From assembly GCA_003971905.1 (NCBI GenBank), contig RSEE01000092.1:186001-250000 (forward strand): a stretch of 64,000 nt of DNA. Direction: 5' to 3'. Below are positions 52,843-64,000 of the stretch, in pieces. The notes below the pieces were generated by a model that worked only from the letters and a program-made list of their open reading frames with translations, had not been told where the DNA came from and did not search any database. Within the stretch, counting starts at the first letter, position 1. Every line of letters starts with the position of its first letter. This DNA comes from Moniliella sp. 'wahieum'. Taxonomy: Eukaryota. The position numbers and the translations under genes were made by a program.

Positions 52843-55800
52843 AAGGGAAGCGTCAGGGGCGGCGCGAGGTGTGTTGGGCTTGAGAGGGACAGAAGCGCCA
52901 AATGACGAAGGGGGAGAGGCATCATCGCAAGAGGAAAGCAGACGCCGACGCTGTGGCGCGGGTGTGGGCGCACCCTCGGAGGGCAGGGAGGGGCAGGGGT
53001 GGCGGGCAAGGAGGGGAGAGTGGTGGTGAGGGTGGGAGAGGTGGGCAGGAGTGCAAGGACGAAGGGACCTTGCTGTCCTGGCTGGCCGATTGGTCGGTCG
53101 TTGGTTCGGGGCACAAGTGCGTGGGGCCGTCCTGCTGGACTCGGTACTGGTATACTCACTGAGATACTCTGATCGTAGTCCTCCCACTATGCGCATGCAA
53201 GGAGCTATACGTACCCACCGGCCTGCGCCGGCACTCCGCACCCCGCCTGTCTCCTGCGCAGCCGCATCCTCCGCGCAGAACAGTGCGGGTGGTCTCCCTT
53301 GGCGGCCGCACTGCGCCAGTCTGGCTGCGCCCCCGGAAGCTGCGTTCACTCATTATACCGTTCAAGTGGTATAATCGGTCACGCGCACACCGAACGAACG
53401 TACTCGGGCTGCCTCTTCGGCTCTTGAGCTTGGGTATTTGACAATTGGATCCTTATTTCTCCGACCCTCCGATGGGCCATCCGAGCACCCCATTGCATCA
53501 TCGCCCGCTCATCCATCTCCCCCTGGCTGTCCGCGCTGCAACCTCCCTTCCCTTCCCGCCCACAGGACCCACCACAATCACCCAATCCCTCGCCACTGTC
53601 GTGTCCGCCACCCGTCTATCGAGCTCCCCGTCCCTTCAGCCCTCCATCAAACTCCCCCCACCAGCCCATTTCGCATCTCTCTTTCTGCCACACCTTCTAC
53701 ACCCCATCGGCCATCCCGAGTCATTGGAAACCCAACATCGATTTCAGTATGCAATACCCCCCACTTCAATCACCAAAAGACCACTACACAAACTGATATA
53801 CCTTTTTCGTGGCTTGTCCTCCTAGGCGCGCTGTCCATCCCATATCTAGATCCAAATCCCTCTCCTCCTCCGGGCCCGCGGTGCACGGACACATACGAAA
53901 CTATTGCCAGGAGAAAAAAGATCCCAGAAAAGAATCTCGGATATCTCAGAGAGAGATCCTCCGATCAAATCTCAAACTCTTCCCACACAGCTCAGACTGA
54001 GCTCTCAGAACACAGAGAGAAACAGAGAGAGCAAACAGATGCACGGATGCTTGCAACTTATTTCGGTGAGAAGGTATCTGACGAATGTGAGCGACGGAAG
54101 GCGAAGGATCGGTTGATACTTAGATCTTATATCATAGAAACAGTGTGCACGACCGTGATGCATGCGATGTGCTTGCAGAGCACACCCAAGACGCCACGCT
54201 TCTTCTTCTGCTTTTTTAGCAGTGGGAAAGAAGTATAGAGCGGGAGGCGCCAGTGTGATCCGGGGATGTTGTGATTATAGGTCGTTTTGTCGGTCGCAAC
54301 AGGTCTCGAGTATCCGGCATGGCATGGGGTGTGGGGGGGCTAATTCGATCAGAATGATGAATCCTTCAATATAGGACTTAGAACCTTGGGGCTTATAGGC
54401 CGGCCGTAGGCGTTATCGGCCGTATCAATGATCGATTAAGGGCTAGCGCTTACCTAGGGCTCATCTCAGATCTCAACAAGCTTCAAGCTTCAAGGGCTAA
54501 GCTCTAAGGTTCAGCGCGGAGATTTTCAGCCCGGGTTGGGGTAGTGGGGTAGGCGGTAGCGGGTGACCGGTGACCACAGGTTGGAGCAACTGAAGCTTGA
54601 AGTCTGCTGGAGCTCAGGGCGACCCTGAGGTTCTTTTTCTTCTGGGCTGAGCGATATAGATTGACCGGCTTTCTCGGAGGATGCAGGATGAACGTTGAAC
54701 GATGATTCATCTTGAGCTGTTGTTTGGGGCAGGCTGAGCGCTACGCAGCTCAGGCTGAGCGCGCTGTGAGCTCTGAGCAGGGCTGAGCGGCTCAGCACAC
54801 AGAGGCACAGACTCCGACTCCTGTCGAGTACAATCTATCACATCTCCCCGACCCCGGTCACCGGTGTCCTTTCACCGGCCGGCCACGCCAGGCACGCCCG
54901 TGCCGCCGCCACGCAAGGCCACGCACTGCAATCTGCTCTTCTCAGATCTCAAGCTCAGCCGCTCAGCGCGCTCAGCCTGGGACGTTAGCGCGTAAGGCCT
55001 GTGACCTGAGTCATAACTGACCCTCCTTAGCCCTCCCGGCTCTCGCTGGCCTACTGAAACGTACCTGAAGGAGGGTCCTGAGGGAGCGGGAAGCTCGCTC
55101 CTGTCGTCTCTGCGCGTTTCCTCCAAGCTCTTGAAGAGTTAGCTTCAAGCTTCAGAGCTTCAACTTCGGCTCCACCGCGCCGAAGTACGAGACATGTGGT
55201 GTGGAGCAGCCCAGGGTCCTCAAACGTCACTTGCCAGTCGCACTGGGACGATTGGTATGTGAGGCGTGACTTTATTAGTGATCGATCAGTGACAGATACG
55301 GGCTAGATAGTGACTAGTGACTAACAGTGACTCCAGTGGAGAGAGTCTTGAAGCTAGCTTGAAGCTTGAACAGCTTCAAGCTTGAGAGTTCGGGGAAGCA
55401 AAGAGGCTCATGAGTGGATGCACAGATGCTTCCAGGTGATCGATGTCGATGGTGTTTTGATCTTATGCCGGCGCAGGGAAAAGGAGAAAGCGATGATCGA
55501 TATGATAGCTGAATTGCCGCGGTCGTGGTGCTTATTTCTACTATAGCACCTACGGGCTACCCTCCACCTCGCCACACGTCGGTCATGCATCATGCATTAC
55601 GCGCCACACCGCACCACCCACTGATGAGAGTTGCTCAGGGGCGCAGCGCAGCGCACCAGCAACCAAACAGCGCAAAACGCCATGGAGAGCTATACTATCT
55701 AAGACCTACGTCGTTAGTGTATAGTACGCTCGTTGGCGGGTAGGCTGGTCGCGAGCCTCCCATCTCATCTACATATGTCGGTCTCATTGATCCCGGGCCG

Positions 55801-56881
55801 CTTTGCTTCGCCCCGGCCCTTCCCGCCCCCTGGAGTCGTTGAAAGGCGCGTTTAACAGCTTAACGTTTACCCGAGCGGTTCCTGCAATTGTAATTGGCCC
55901 GCGAGTCCTACGTACACGCGACCGATTATAATTAGAGTATCCGCTAACATGTAACACGCGCTAACGTTTAAGTCGCTTCCCCCATGCCCTCATCGACATC
56001 CCTCCGTTCCGTTCCGCCTCTCCCCTTTGTCCCCCCTCTTCCCAAACAACATCGTTCCCACCCAGCCTCTTGAGGCTGTCAGGCTGAGGTACCCAAAAGA
56101 GGCACAATTCGCAGTCGCCAACGGAAAAGACTAAATGTTAATAGCACTTTGTATACACACACTGGCATAAGCCTCCCAGCTCCGCACGCGCAACTGTCAC
56201 ATGTGTCAGCGGCACTCCGACCCCCTGTGACATGTGATCGAAGTGATCGATGTGATCGATGACGCGCCCTCCCGCCTGAAAAGCCTCATCGACCGCATCG
56301 CGTGCGCCCACACGCCCTCCACAGCAAACTCCTGTTTGTGTGGTGCTGGTTGGAAAGCGGACCCTCCGTCGACCCACGGGGGCTGCGCCAACCAAACACG
56401 CGCGCTGCGCCGTGTGTCCACAGCCAGTCCACGCATTTTCCACACAACCTGTTCGCCCGATAATCGATAATCCTACCACGGCTTAGCTGTGCGCCAGCTG
56501 CCTATTCCCCCCCTCCCAACGCTCCCCCTGGCCGCGCGCCCAGCCCCATTCCCATTCAGCTTGTAGTGTCTATAGTATAGGGTACGCCCTGCACTGTGCA
56601 GCTGCGCCCTGCGCCTCGCGCCCAGTGTACGCGCCTGTTTCGCGCCCTCTCTTAATTTTCAGATTCCGTTTATAGTGCCCTATTGGCCAAGACGATTGAT
56701 TGGTCCGGCACCCTTGCCCCCCCCCCCCCCCCTTTCACAGCACATGCGCCCCACCGCGCACCCACACGGCACAAACAGATCTCATCCACGTCCCAGGATA
56801 ACCCATCCTCCGCTCTATTCGACCTGCTCTATCGCCATCGCCATCGCCATCCCACTCACCACCACTACCCCCGCCACCACC

Positions 56882-57461
56882 ATGTCCAACACCCCACCGC
56901 TTCCATCGGGCACTACCTTGCGCTCCCCTCATCCACCACCACCCCAGGGGACACTGATGCGTCTGCGTCCTCCTCGGCTTCGAGTGGCTCTGGTGCTACC
57001 TCCAGTAGCACGCCTACCTCCTCTGTCCCTTCGGTCTCCATGCTGGCCCCACCCCACTCGCCTGTGGATACCTCGCCCCTCCGGGTGAACCAAGGCCGAC
57101 GGGCCTTCGTCCTGCCCTACGTCGGATGGTACGTCTCGTCTCTGCCCCGCGCGCATCTCGTGCACCGCAGTGTGTAGAGCACAAAAATGTACTCCACAAC
57201 GCGACCTAACCCCCCCCCCTGCCCTTCGCTGAATCGGATTCCAGGTCTAGGTACCGGATCAAGAACATTCACTGTTCTAACTGCGCCGTCTTTTGTCCCC
57301 TTGCCTACCGCGCCCCGGGGGAATTCGCAGCGTACTGCCGAGACTGCTGGACGCCCGACGGCAACAACAGCGACGGCAACGACAATCCGCCTTGTCTTCC
57401 GTCACGCTCTAGCTTCAAGCTTCACTTGCTCTCTTTGGCATCCCGTTCTTCGACCCTATGA
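56882..57461 (+). CDS. Small S/T/P-rich protein with a C-x2-C-x17-C-x2-C (GATA-spaced) finger, intron 57129-57250
   Basis: ATG in CACCATG context, GTACGT donor, CTAAC branch, TAG acceptor. Exon 2 reads WYRIKNIHCSNCAVFCPLAYRAPGEFAAYCRDCW... to TGA at 57459-57461. One frameshift in exon 1. Confidence 0.6.
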
Positions 57462-57566
57462 ATGCACCGGCTTATAGCTGACTGGTGCGCCTGTTGTCCT
57501 GTTGTTGATGGTTCATGACAAAAAAGTGCCCAGTGTGCCTGTATATCCCCCATTTCTATATTTACC

Positions 57567-57622
57567 TCTTTCCCTCTTTCCCTCTTTCCCTCTTTCCCTC
57601 TTTCCCTCTTTCCCTCTTTCCC
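57567..57622 (+). repeat. (TTTCCCTC)n octamer repeat
   Basis: About 7 tandem copies. Confidence 0.85.
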
Positions 57623-58632
57623 TCTCCCGCTCCTCTCCGTCCTCTTTGCCTCCTTTGTCCTCCGACGCATCACACTGAGGCTCACCTCACGGTACCGTTA
57701 CGCTTCGCTGTTTACGACCTTGCACATTCCACATCCCACATGCCAACATGTTGTTCATACCCCTATCTTTCTCTTTCTGGATGGGTGTGGGCGTCTATAC
57801 GTATCATATCACACCGATCTGTCACCGCCGGTTGACGTTCACGATGAGTAACAGTCAACGGTATAAAGGCCGGTTTGTTGTGCCCTCTAGCTCTGCTATG
57901 GCTTGCTTTGCCTCCCCTGCAATGCCCATCTTTCCCCCTTTTATCCATCACCATAAACATCGTATGGGCGGACGGTAGCGGTACATCCCTTTCCCTTCCC
58001 ACTCCCCACTTCACAGTACAGTGTAAACCCCTCCGACTTGATCTTGGTCCGTTCCACAGTGGCTGCCACTTGTCGCTTCCTCCGTCCTCGGCTGTTACAT
58101 GTTACGTTCGTCTGGGATCGGTATATAATATGCCGGGCCTATCATTCAGCTTGTCTCTAGTATACTCCAGTTCTGCAAGTGTTGTGGATTCGCAACTGTA
58201 TTAGTAGATGAGAGCCGAGGTGGGGCCACTGTAACCAGCTAACCTCGTACACCTCGTAGAGCGTGGGACTTTCCACTTCAGCTCCATCTACCCCGAGCTA
58301 TGCCGAAAGAGTAAACGGCCCTACCAAACCACCATACTTTTGTATAGCATTGTAACTACACGTGGTCCGTACGTACGATAACACTCCTTTCATGCCTGAA
58401 TATTCAGGCCTCAGGGGGGGATTGGGGATGTCGGTCAACTGGGTGTGGATCTCGGGATCCAAGCGACAAAACGAAAAGAGAACTAGTACTGTTGCTAGAC
58501 GGATAATACGTTGAGAGCACGTAAATGTGCGTTTGATGAGCGTCGAGCGTTGAGCGTTGAGATTAGATCGTTGAGCCTCAACGCTCAGGCGGAACGAGCA
58601 ACTCAACCTAGTATAGACATCCGAGAAGACGG

Positions 58633-60995
58633 TTAGTTTTTGTGCTTTTTGTTGTGGCGTCGGCCACCATGACGATGATGATGGGTGTGGCGAGGAGGGG
58701 CAGGGGTTGGGTCGTCGGGCTGAAGACCACTCGACTTGGTCCGCCATGCTCTTCTTTGTGGGATCCCTAGCCTCCTGCCGGTTCGTCTCCGTCTCTTGGA
58801 TCTTCTCCCTTCCTGCTCGGATGCATCGCGGTCCTCCTGCATGACCTCTTGCTCGTGCTTGGCCTCGTGCTGGGCGTCGTACTGGGCATCGTGCTGGGCA
58901 TCATGCTGAGCGTCATGATGGGCGTCGTGCTGAGCACCATCCTGGCCCCTTTGTCCGCGCACCGGCGGAGGCGGGTAAAACTTGGCTCCATCCGGACGCG
59001 GTTCCCACTGTTGGAGGTTGATATTTTTCCCACTCACCACCGCCTCGGCCACTCCGACATTCAACAGTGCCGGACCCCCCCAGCGCGCTAGCATCTCGCC
59101 ATACTCACCCCCCGTTTCTTCTTCTTTCTTGCTCGGCCGCACAAAGGGCGGGAGCTTGGAAAGGCTCAGGTGAAACGTGCATGTGCCGGTATCTGTGTCC
59201 GTGCCTGTGGGCAAGGTCTTCTTGGCCTCGTCTGTGGCGTTTGTCTTGGCTGGTACGCTGGCTGAGGACGGGGAAGGGGACTTGGACTGCGTTTTGGTCG
59301 TGGTTTTGGGCTGGGGTTGGGCGTGGGTCCAATACCCGTACCCAAGCAACACGTACAGCGCATACTGCAAACCGTGCGCCACGGACAAGACCACACGACG
59401 ACCCACAGGACCAGTTCCGTGTAGGTAAAAAACGCGAGAGCGCGTACGCTCGATGAGGATTTGGCCCAGCCGACCAAGTCGACCCACAAGCGCATCTGTC
59501 GGGGCGTAGGCCGTGTAGCTGGGTCCATAGCAAACACGCTCCAGATCCGAGCAAAAATACCAATGTGCCAGTTGCCCACTGAGCCCACTCCATCCTCAAA
59601 CGTCGCATTCGGACACCACACGACGCATCCGTAATCGGAAACACCTGAAGGTACATGTTGGGCCGCTGGTAGTCGTCGGGGAACAAGTCGTCCGGCAAAA
59701 AGTCAAGAGACGGCTTGGAAAATCCGGTAGCGACCACAATCACATCGGCAGGCACGTTGTACTTGTTCAAACCCCTTGTCGCCAGCGTGGGTACCCCCGC
59801 GCGGTGGGAAAAGTGGACGCCGTCGGGCCCGATGTGGCGCACGTCTCCGCGCAAATACTCGCCGCGGCCAGTCCGGATGAGCGCCAAAGCCTCGTCGTTC
59901 ACCACGGGCGTCGTACTGTAAAACGGCAGGCCGACCGGCGCCATCTTCTCGGCCAAGTCGCGGTAATGCAACTTGCGCAACAACCATTCCAGGAGGGGCG
60001 TCAAGCGCGTCTCCCGTCCCAGCGGCTGGCATGCCAACAAACAATCCACCACCGTGTTGCGCGGGATAACCACTTGTCGCTCCGAGCTAAGATGGTGGCT
60101 TTGGTCGCGCCACGACGGAGTACAAGTTCTAAAGCTTCCACCCCGGAAGCCCACCGCCCACGACGACGACTTGCTTCCCTCCAGATCGGACGCGTGCAGC
60201 ACATCCAGCGCGCGCTGTGCACAATCTTCCCCGCAAACGATTCTTGGCCGTCCAAGTCGAGCATCTTGGCCTGGCCACATGTGCCGGTCGCAACGGCCAC
60301 CCCGTCACACCACGTCTTCTTCGCCATTGACAATCCACTGTGCTTTGCCGCGCACGGGCTCGTCGCAGGACGCAGTGTGAGGGGCGGAATGAAGGCGCTG
60401 GACCGACGTTACGGGCGTTGCCCAACGAATGCGGCCCAGCAGGCCATAGGTTTCCGCCAGCACAGCGAGGTTGGCCAGAATCTCATCGCGACGCGGGTAG
60501 CCGCTGGACCAACAGACCGAGGGGAAGAAGCGGTACATGACACTACTGATCTGCAGCCCGGAGGTTGTGTTGACCCGACCAGATCCCACCCATCCGCGCT
60601 CAGATTCGGCCAGGGTAAAGAGCGTGACTTCGAAGCCGCGGCTGAGCAGTGCGCTGCGGTGGACAGGCCCGTGAGGCCCGTGCCAATCACGGCCACATGG
60701 CCGAGCGGATGCTCGTACCGCGTCTTGGCTGGAGCGCGGCGTGCGTTGGGTCAGCAAGAACAGCCACCACGAACGGGATGCGAGGCGACTGGCACATGGA
60801 CAACAGGGGAGCAGCACGTACGTGGCACGGGCGGGGCAAAGAGGAAGGCGAGCACACACTGGAGGAGAATGTACGCCTGCGAGATCCAAAAGGACGGATG
60901 CAGGAGGAAGAGCGGCGGGTGCTGGGCGAGCGCAGCGGTGCGGCGGTGCGCGTGCTGGACGACGGCGTGCACGGGGCGGCGAGCGTGGACAGCAT
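58633..60995 (-). CDS. Flavin-containing monooxygenase (FMO-like), intron 60821-60729
   Basis: HVAVIGTGLTGLSTAAH (FAD), RVNTTSGLQISSVMYRF, VAVATGTCG, FAGKIVHS, VVVVGGG.SGVEA (NADPH), DVIVVATGF, VGSVGNWHIGIFAR. Confidence 0.9.
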
Positions 60996-61285
60996 GCGTG
61001 GACGGCGGACACCAGGCGGGGCGAGGGGGCCGAAGAGCACACGGGCGCGGGAGAGGGCTGCTTATAATCCGTCTGCGGGGATGCGGGGAAGATGTCATCT
61101 TCCAGCGACGGCCCCTGGGTACTGGCGGCCAGTGCGCTCGAGTCAGCTGCCCCGCTGCCGCAGGGGGGGCACCCTCCCACCGCCCGTCGGCCTCATCGCC
61201 GCGCTCGACGCGCTCGCTGACTAGTGGCCATGCGTGTGGTCCGGGCGCACAGGCGAGGGCGCGTGCGTGCGGGAGTGGGGATCGA

Positions 61286-61396
61286 TGACGTCACTGCGCG
61301 CACCAATCGGCCACGCAGCATGGCACGTGCTCTGCACGTGACCGGGCGGGAGACGCCCCGCGGCCGCTTACAAATACGGGGCGTGTGCTGACGTCA
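61286..61396. promoter_or_regulatory. Motif cluster in the FMO/QCR2 divergent promoter
   Basis: TGACGTCA at 61286-61293 and 61389-61396, CCAAT at 61303-61307, CACGTG at 61324-61329, CACGTGAC at 61335-61342. Confidence 0.6.
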
Positions 61397-61495
61397 GGCG
61401 GTTATTAATTCAGACGCAGGCTGGAACGAAGGCCGGGCGGGGCTCTGCTGGCTTCTCCACCGCCCCCCCTTCTTCGTCCTCGTCCTCTCTCCGCA

Positions 61496-62677
61496 ATGCT
61501 GGCTCGTCCGCTTCCGCCGCGCGCACTGGGCCTGGGCCTGGGCCTGGCCTGGGCCGGCGGTCCTTTGCCACCGCCTCCGCCGGCGGCATCCCCTTGCGTC
61601 CGCCCCGCCTCCGCCGCCGCCAGCGTCACCGTCGCCCTCCGTGCCGCGCCCCTACCGCGTGCGCCCGGCGCTGCTGCTGCGCTCCAGCACTGGCTGCTCC
61701 AGGCCAACTCGACCCTCTGCGCTGTCCATCGTGCGCGAGGCCGAGCTGCGCGGCGCCGTGCTCGCCTCGGCGCTCGACAAGGAACACGTCTACCTCACCG
61801 CCCAGTTCCAGCCCGAGGACGCCGACTTCGTTGTGCGTCTGCTGGCCGACGCTCTCCACCCCACCCTGCCCACGTGGGAGTACAACGAACATGTCGTCCC
61901 GGCCCTCCAGCCGACGCTTCCGCCGCCACCCACGCCCCGCTCGTCACGGGCCTCGAGGCGCTGACGCACGCTGCGTACCACAACAAGGGTCCGGGCCAGA
62001 GCCTGCTCGCGCACCCGGCCCATCCGTTGCCGTACGAAACGGTGCGGCGGTACGCGGAGAGCGTGTTGACGAGTCGGACCAGGTAGCTGTGGCCGGCACG
62101 GGGCGTGCCGGACTTGGCTGCGATCGTGGCTGATGCCTTTCGCTTCCTTCGGGCTTTGCGCCGCAGGCCCCGGCTGCACCTACCTACTTTGGCGGACAAG
62201 CGCGCATTGCCCAAGCGCACGCCAGCGAATTTTTGCTCGCGTTCGATGCCGCCGGCGTGGCGGAGAGCACCTTGGCCGTGCTGCGCGCCGTGATTGAAGA
62301 TGCTGGTGCTGGTCAGGCATTCTATCACCTCCCCTACAAGGACGCAGCTCTCTTCGGTCTCCGTCTTCCCGCCGGCACCTCGCGCCCGTGGCCACGCTCA
62401 AGGCCGTCGCTGCTGGACAGGTCGACGCGTTTGCCCAAGGCCATCACGCAGGCCAAGTTGGCCCTGGCTCAGACGTACGAAAGTGCCGAGGCTTCGCAGC
62501 TGCTGCGGCGGCGCTTGTTGCTCGGTTGCCCCTGTGGAGGTGCAAGCTCAGCTGGACGCCATTAGCCAGGTCACAAGGACGACGTGTTGCCGCTGCGGGC
62601 CAGTTGCTCGCTTCGGTCCCGTCTAGCGCGGCCTGGGCAACGTCCATGACTTGCCCTACGCAGAGGACTTGCTTTAA
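61496..62677 (+). CDS. QCR2: Ubiquinol-cytochrome c reductase core protein 2
   Basis: ASVTVALRAA, SALSIVREAELRGAVLASALDKEHVYLTAQF, WEYNEHVVP, EALTHAAYHNKG.GQSL, FYHLPYKDAALFGL, terminal GNVHDLPYAEDLL*. Confidence 0.88.
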
Positions 62678-63469
62678 ACCGCACCCGCGTAGCAGTCCCT
62701 TTGGCCGGCATGCCTTGCCCTCATTTGCCTCTTGCCTCGTCGCCCGGTCGCTTACGGGGCGCGTATGGGTCGGCCCCACGGACTGAGATGAGCGATGAGC
62801 AATGTCGATCAGCTGTTGGGCTGGCATAGGTTCCATATTATAGGCAGGCCAAAAAGGAAACACCATAAACGAGAAAAGGGGCAGCATGTTGCCCGGTAGT
62901 ACAGCACTTTGCCATTGTCCATTACCGCTGGAAGTCCACAGGTGCTCGGCTAGTCCCTTGGGACATGCCAGGGCAAGGCCAAATCCCGCCCTGACGTTCC
63001 TCCATCTCCCCACCCACTATTAGCATCCGGTTTGGAGATGTGCGGCGCGAATCAGAACCTCTTGAGCTACTCACCACCATTACCCATTAGTACCCATTAC
63101 CCCGTACTCCGTACTCCTTAAACGTTGATGCGGTTGATGACCATAAGATGAAGCGCTGTGCCCAGATAGGCACGCCTGCGCGGCCTTACTCTTAACCATG
63201 GCGCGGGGAAGCCTAAGGGCTAGAGGCATCCTACCGGGGATACAACTCTGCAGGCGAATGATCCCACCAGTGGGGAGACAACTACTATAACTCAGCCTTT
63301 TTTTGTGTTTTCTTCAGTCAGATTGCGAAACCAAGAGCCTGGGTGTAACAGGGAAGATAGAGGGGATGAACAAAGAGAAAAGCGGTCGGAAGAGGAGATG
63401 AGGCGCGGGGACGGGGGCAAAAAGAGTTGGACGGTCAACGGTCAACAGTCACTAGTCACTAGTCAACGG

Positions 63470-64000
63470 TCAACTTTCATGGATCATGGATGAAGCCTGC
63501 CGAAGGGGTCCCACAGTTCCCCTGCGCAAGCGTGGTGGCACTGACGCGCGCAACGCGGCACTTGCTCGCCCAGCCCAGTTGCGGGCCTGGGTAAACATCA
63601 GTCGTGCTTCGCGTTGAGAAATGTTGGTAATGGAGTACAGGTTGCCTCTTGGCACGAGGAACAGTCCGCCAGGCGCCATGGTGAACTGACTTTGGCCCAC
63701 CTGGACCGAACCGCACCTTGGATCACAAAGAACATCTGGTCGGTTCCAAGTTAGCGAGAAGAACGGCCAAAGAAAGAAAGATGCACGGTAGCAATGAGGC
63801 AATGAGGCAATGAGGCAAGGGGAAGGTGGGGGGGGGGGGAGTGACGTACGTAGTTGGTTTCCCTGCTTGATCTGGGCTCCTTGCTCTTCCCAACAGGAAT
63901 GTAAAGCACGCCCGAGGCCAAGGTATCATCTATGCTGAGCAACTTGTCAAACCCCGAGTTATCTCCCGGAGGGACTTGGAGATGAATCTGATGTGACGGA
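63470..64000 (-). CDS. MIF2: Mif2/CENP-C C-terminal cupin domain (partial, 3' end), intron 63849-63736
   Basis: LASGVLYIPVGKSKEPRSSRETNY|MFFVIQGAV..QVGQSQFTMAPGGLFLVPRGNLYSITNISQREARLMFTQAR matches the Mif2 cupin pattern. Confidence 0.88.

Overview
GC-rich, intron-poor fungal nuclear DNA. Gene content and style suggest a basidiomycete, probably Ustilaginomycotina (an inference). Nearly every gene has single-base frameshifts, including essential genes, which most likely reflects an unpolished long-read assembly, so CDS limits are approximate. About 23 genes are supported, in order: 3' end of a coiled-coil protein, Ada3/Ngg1, aminopeptidase P, MhpA-like FAD monooxygenase, PGI, TMEM135-like, Msn2/4-type C2H2 factor, Cdc14, an unidentified ORF, TAF4, SS18/Snf11-like, cystathionine gamma-synthase, MoaE/MOCS2B, arrestin-fold protein, secreted sedolisin, Slt2/Mpk1 MAPK, COX6A, a second C2H2 factor, a small spliced gene with a GATA-spaced Cys4 finger, an FMO, QCR2 and the 3' end of Mif2/CENP-C. 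Non-genic highlights: a 248-bp solo LTR with a 5-bp TSD nested in a larger LTR-like relic, a telobox-like AACCCTA(C/G) motif recurring in upstream regions, a dominant GTACGT intron donor, a palindrome-rich fold-back region and many microsatellites. No tRNA, rRNA or CRISPR was seen. No clearly new multi-gene system is demonstrable from the sequence alone.
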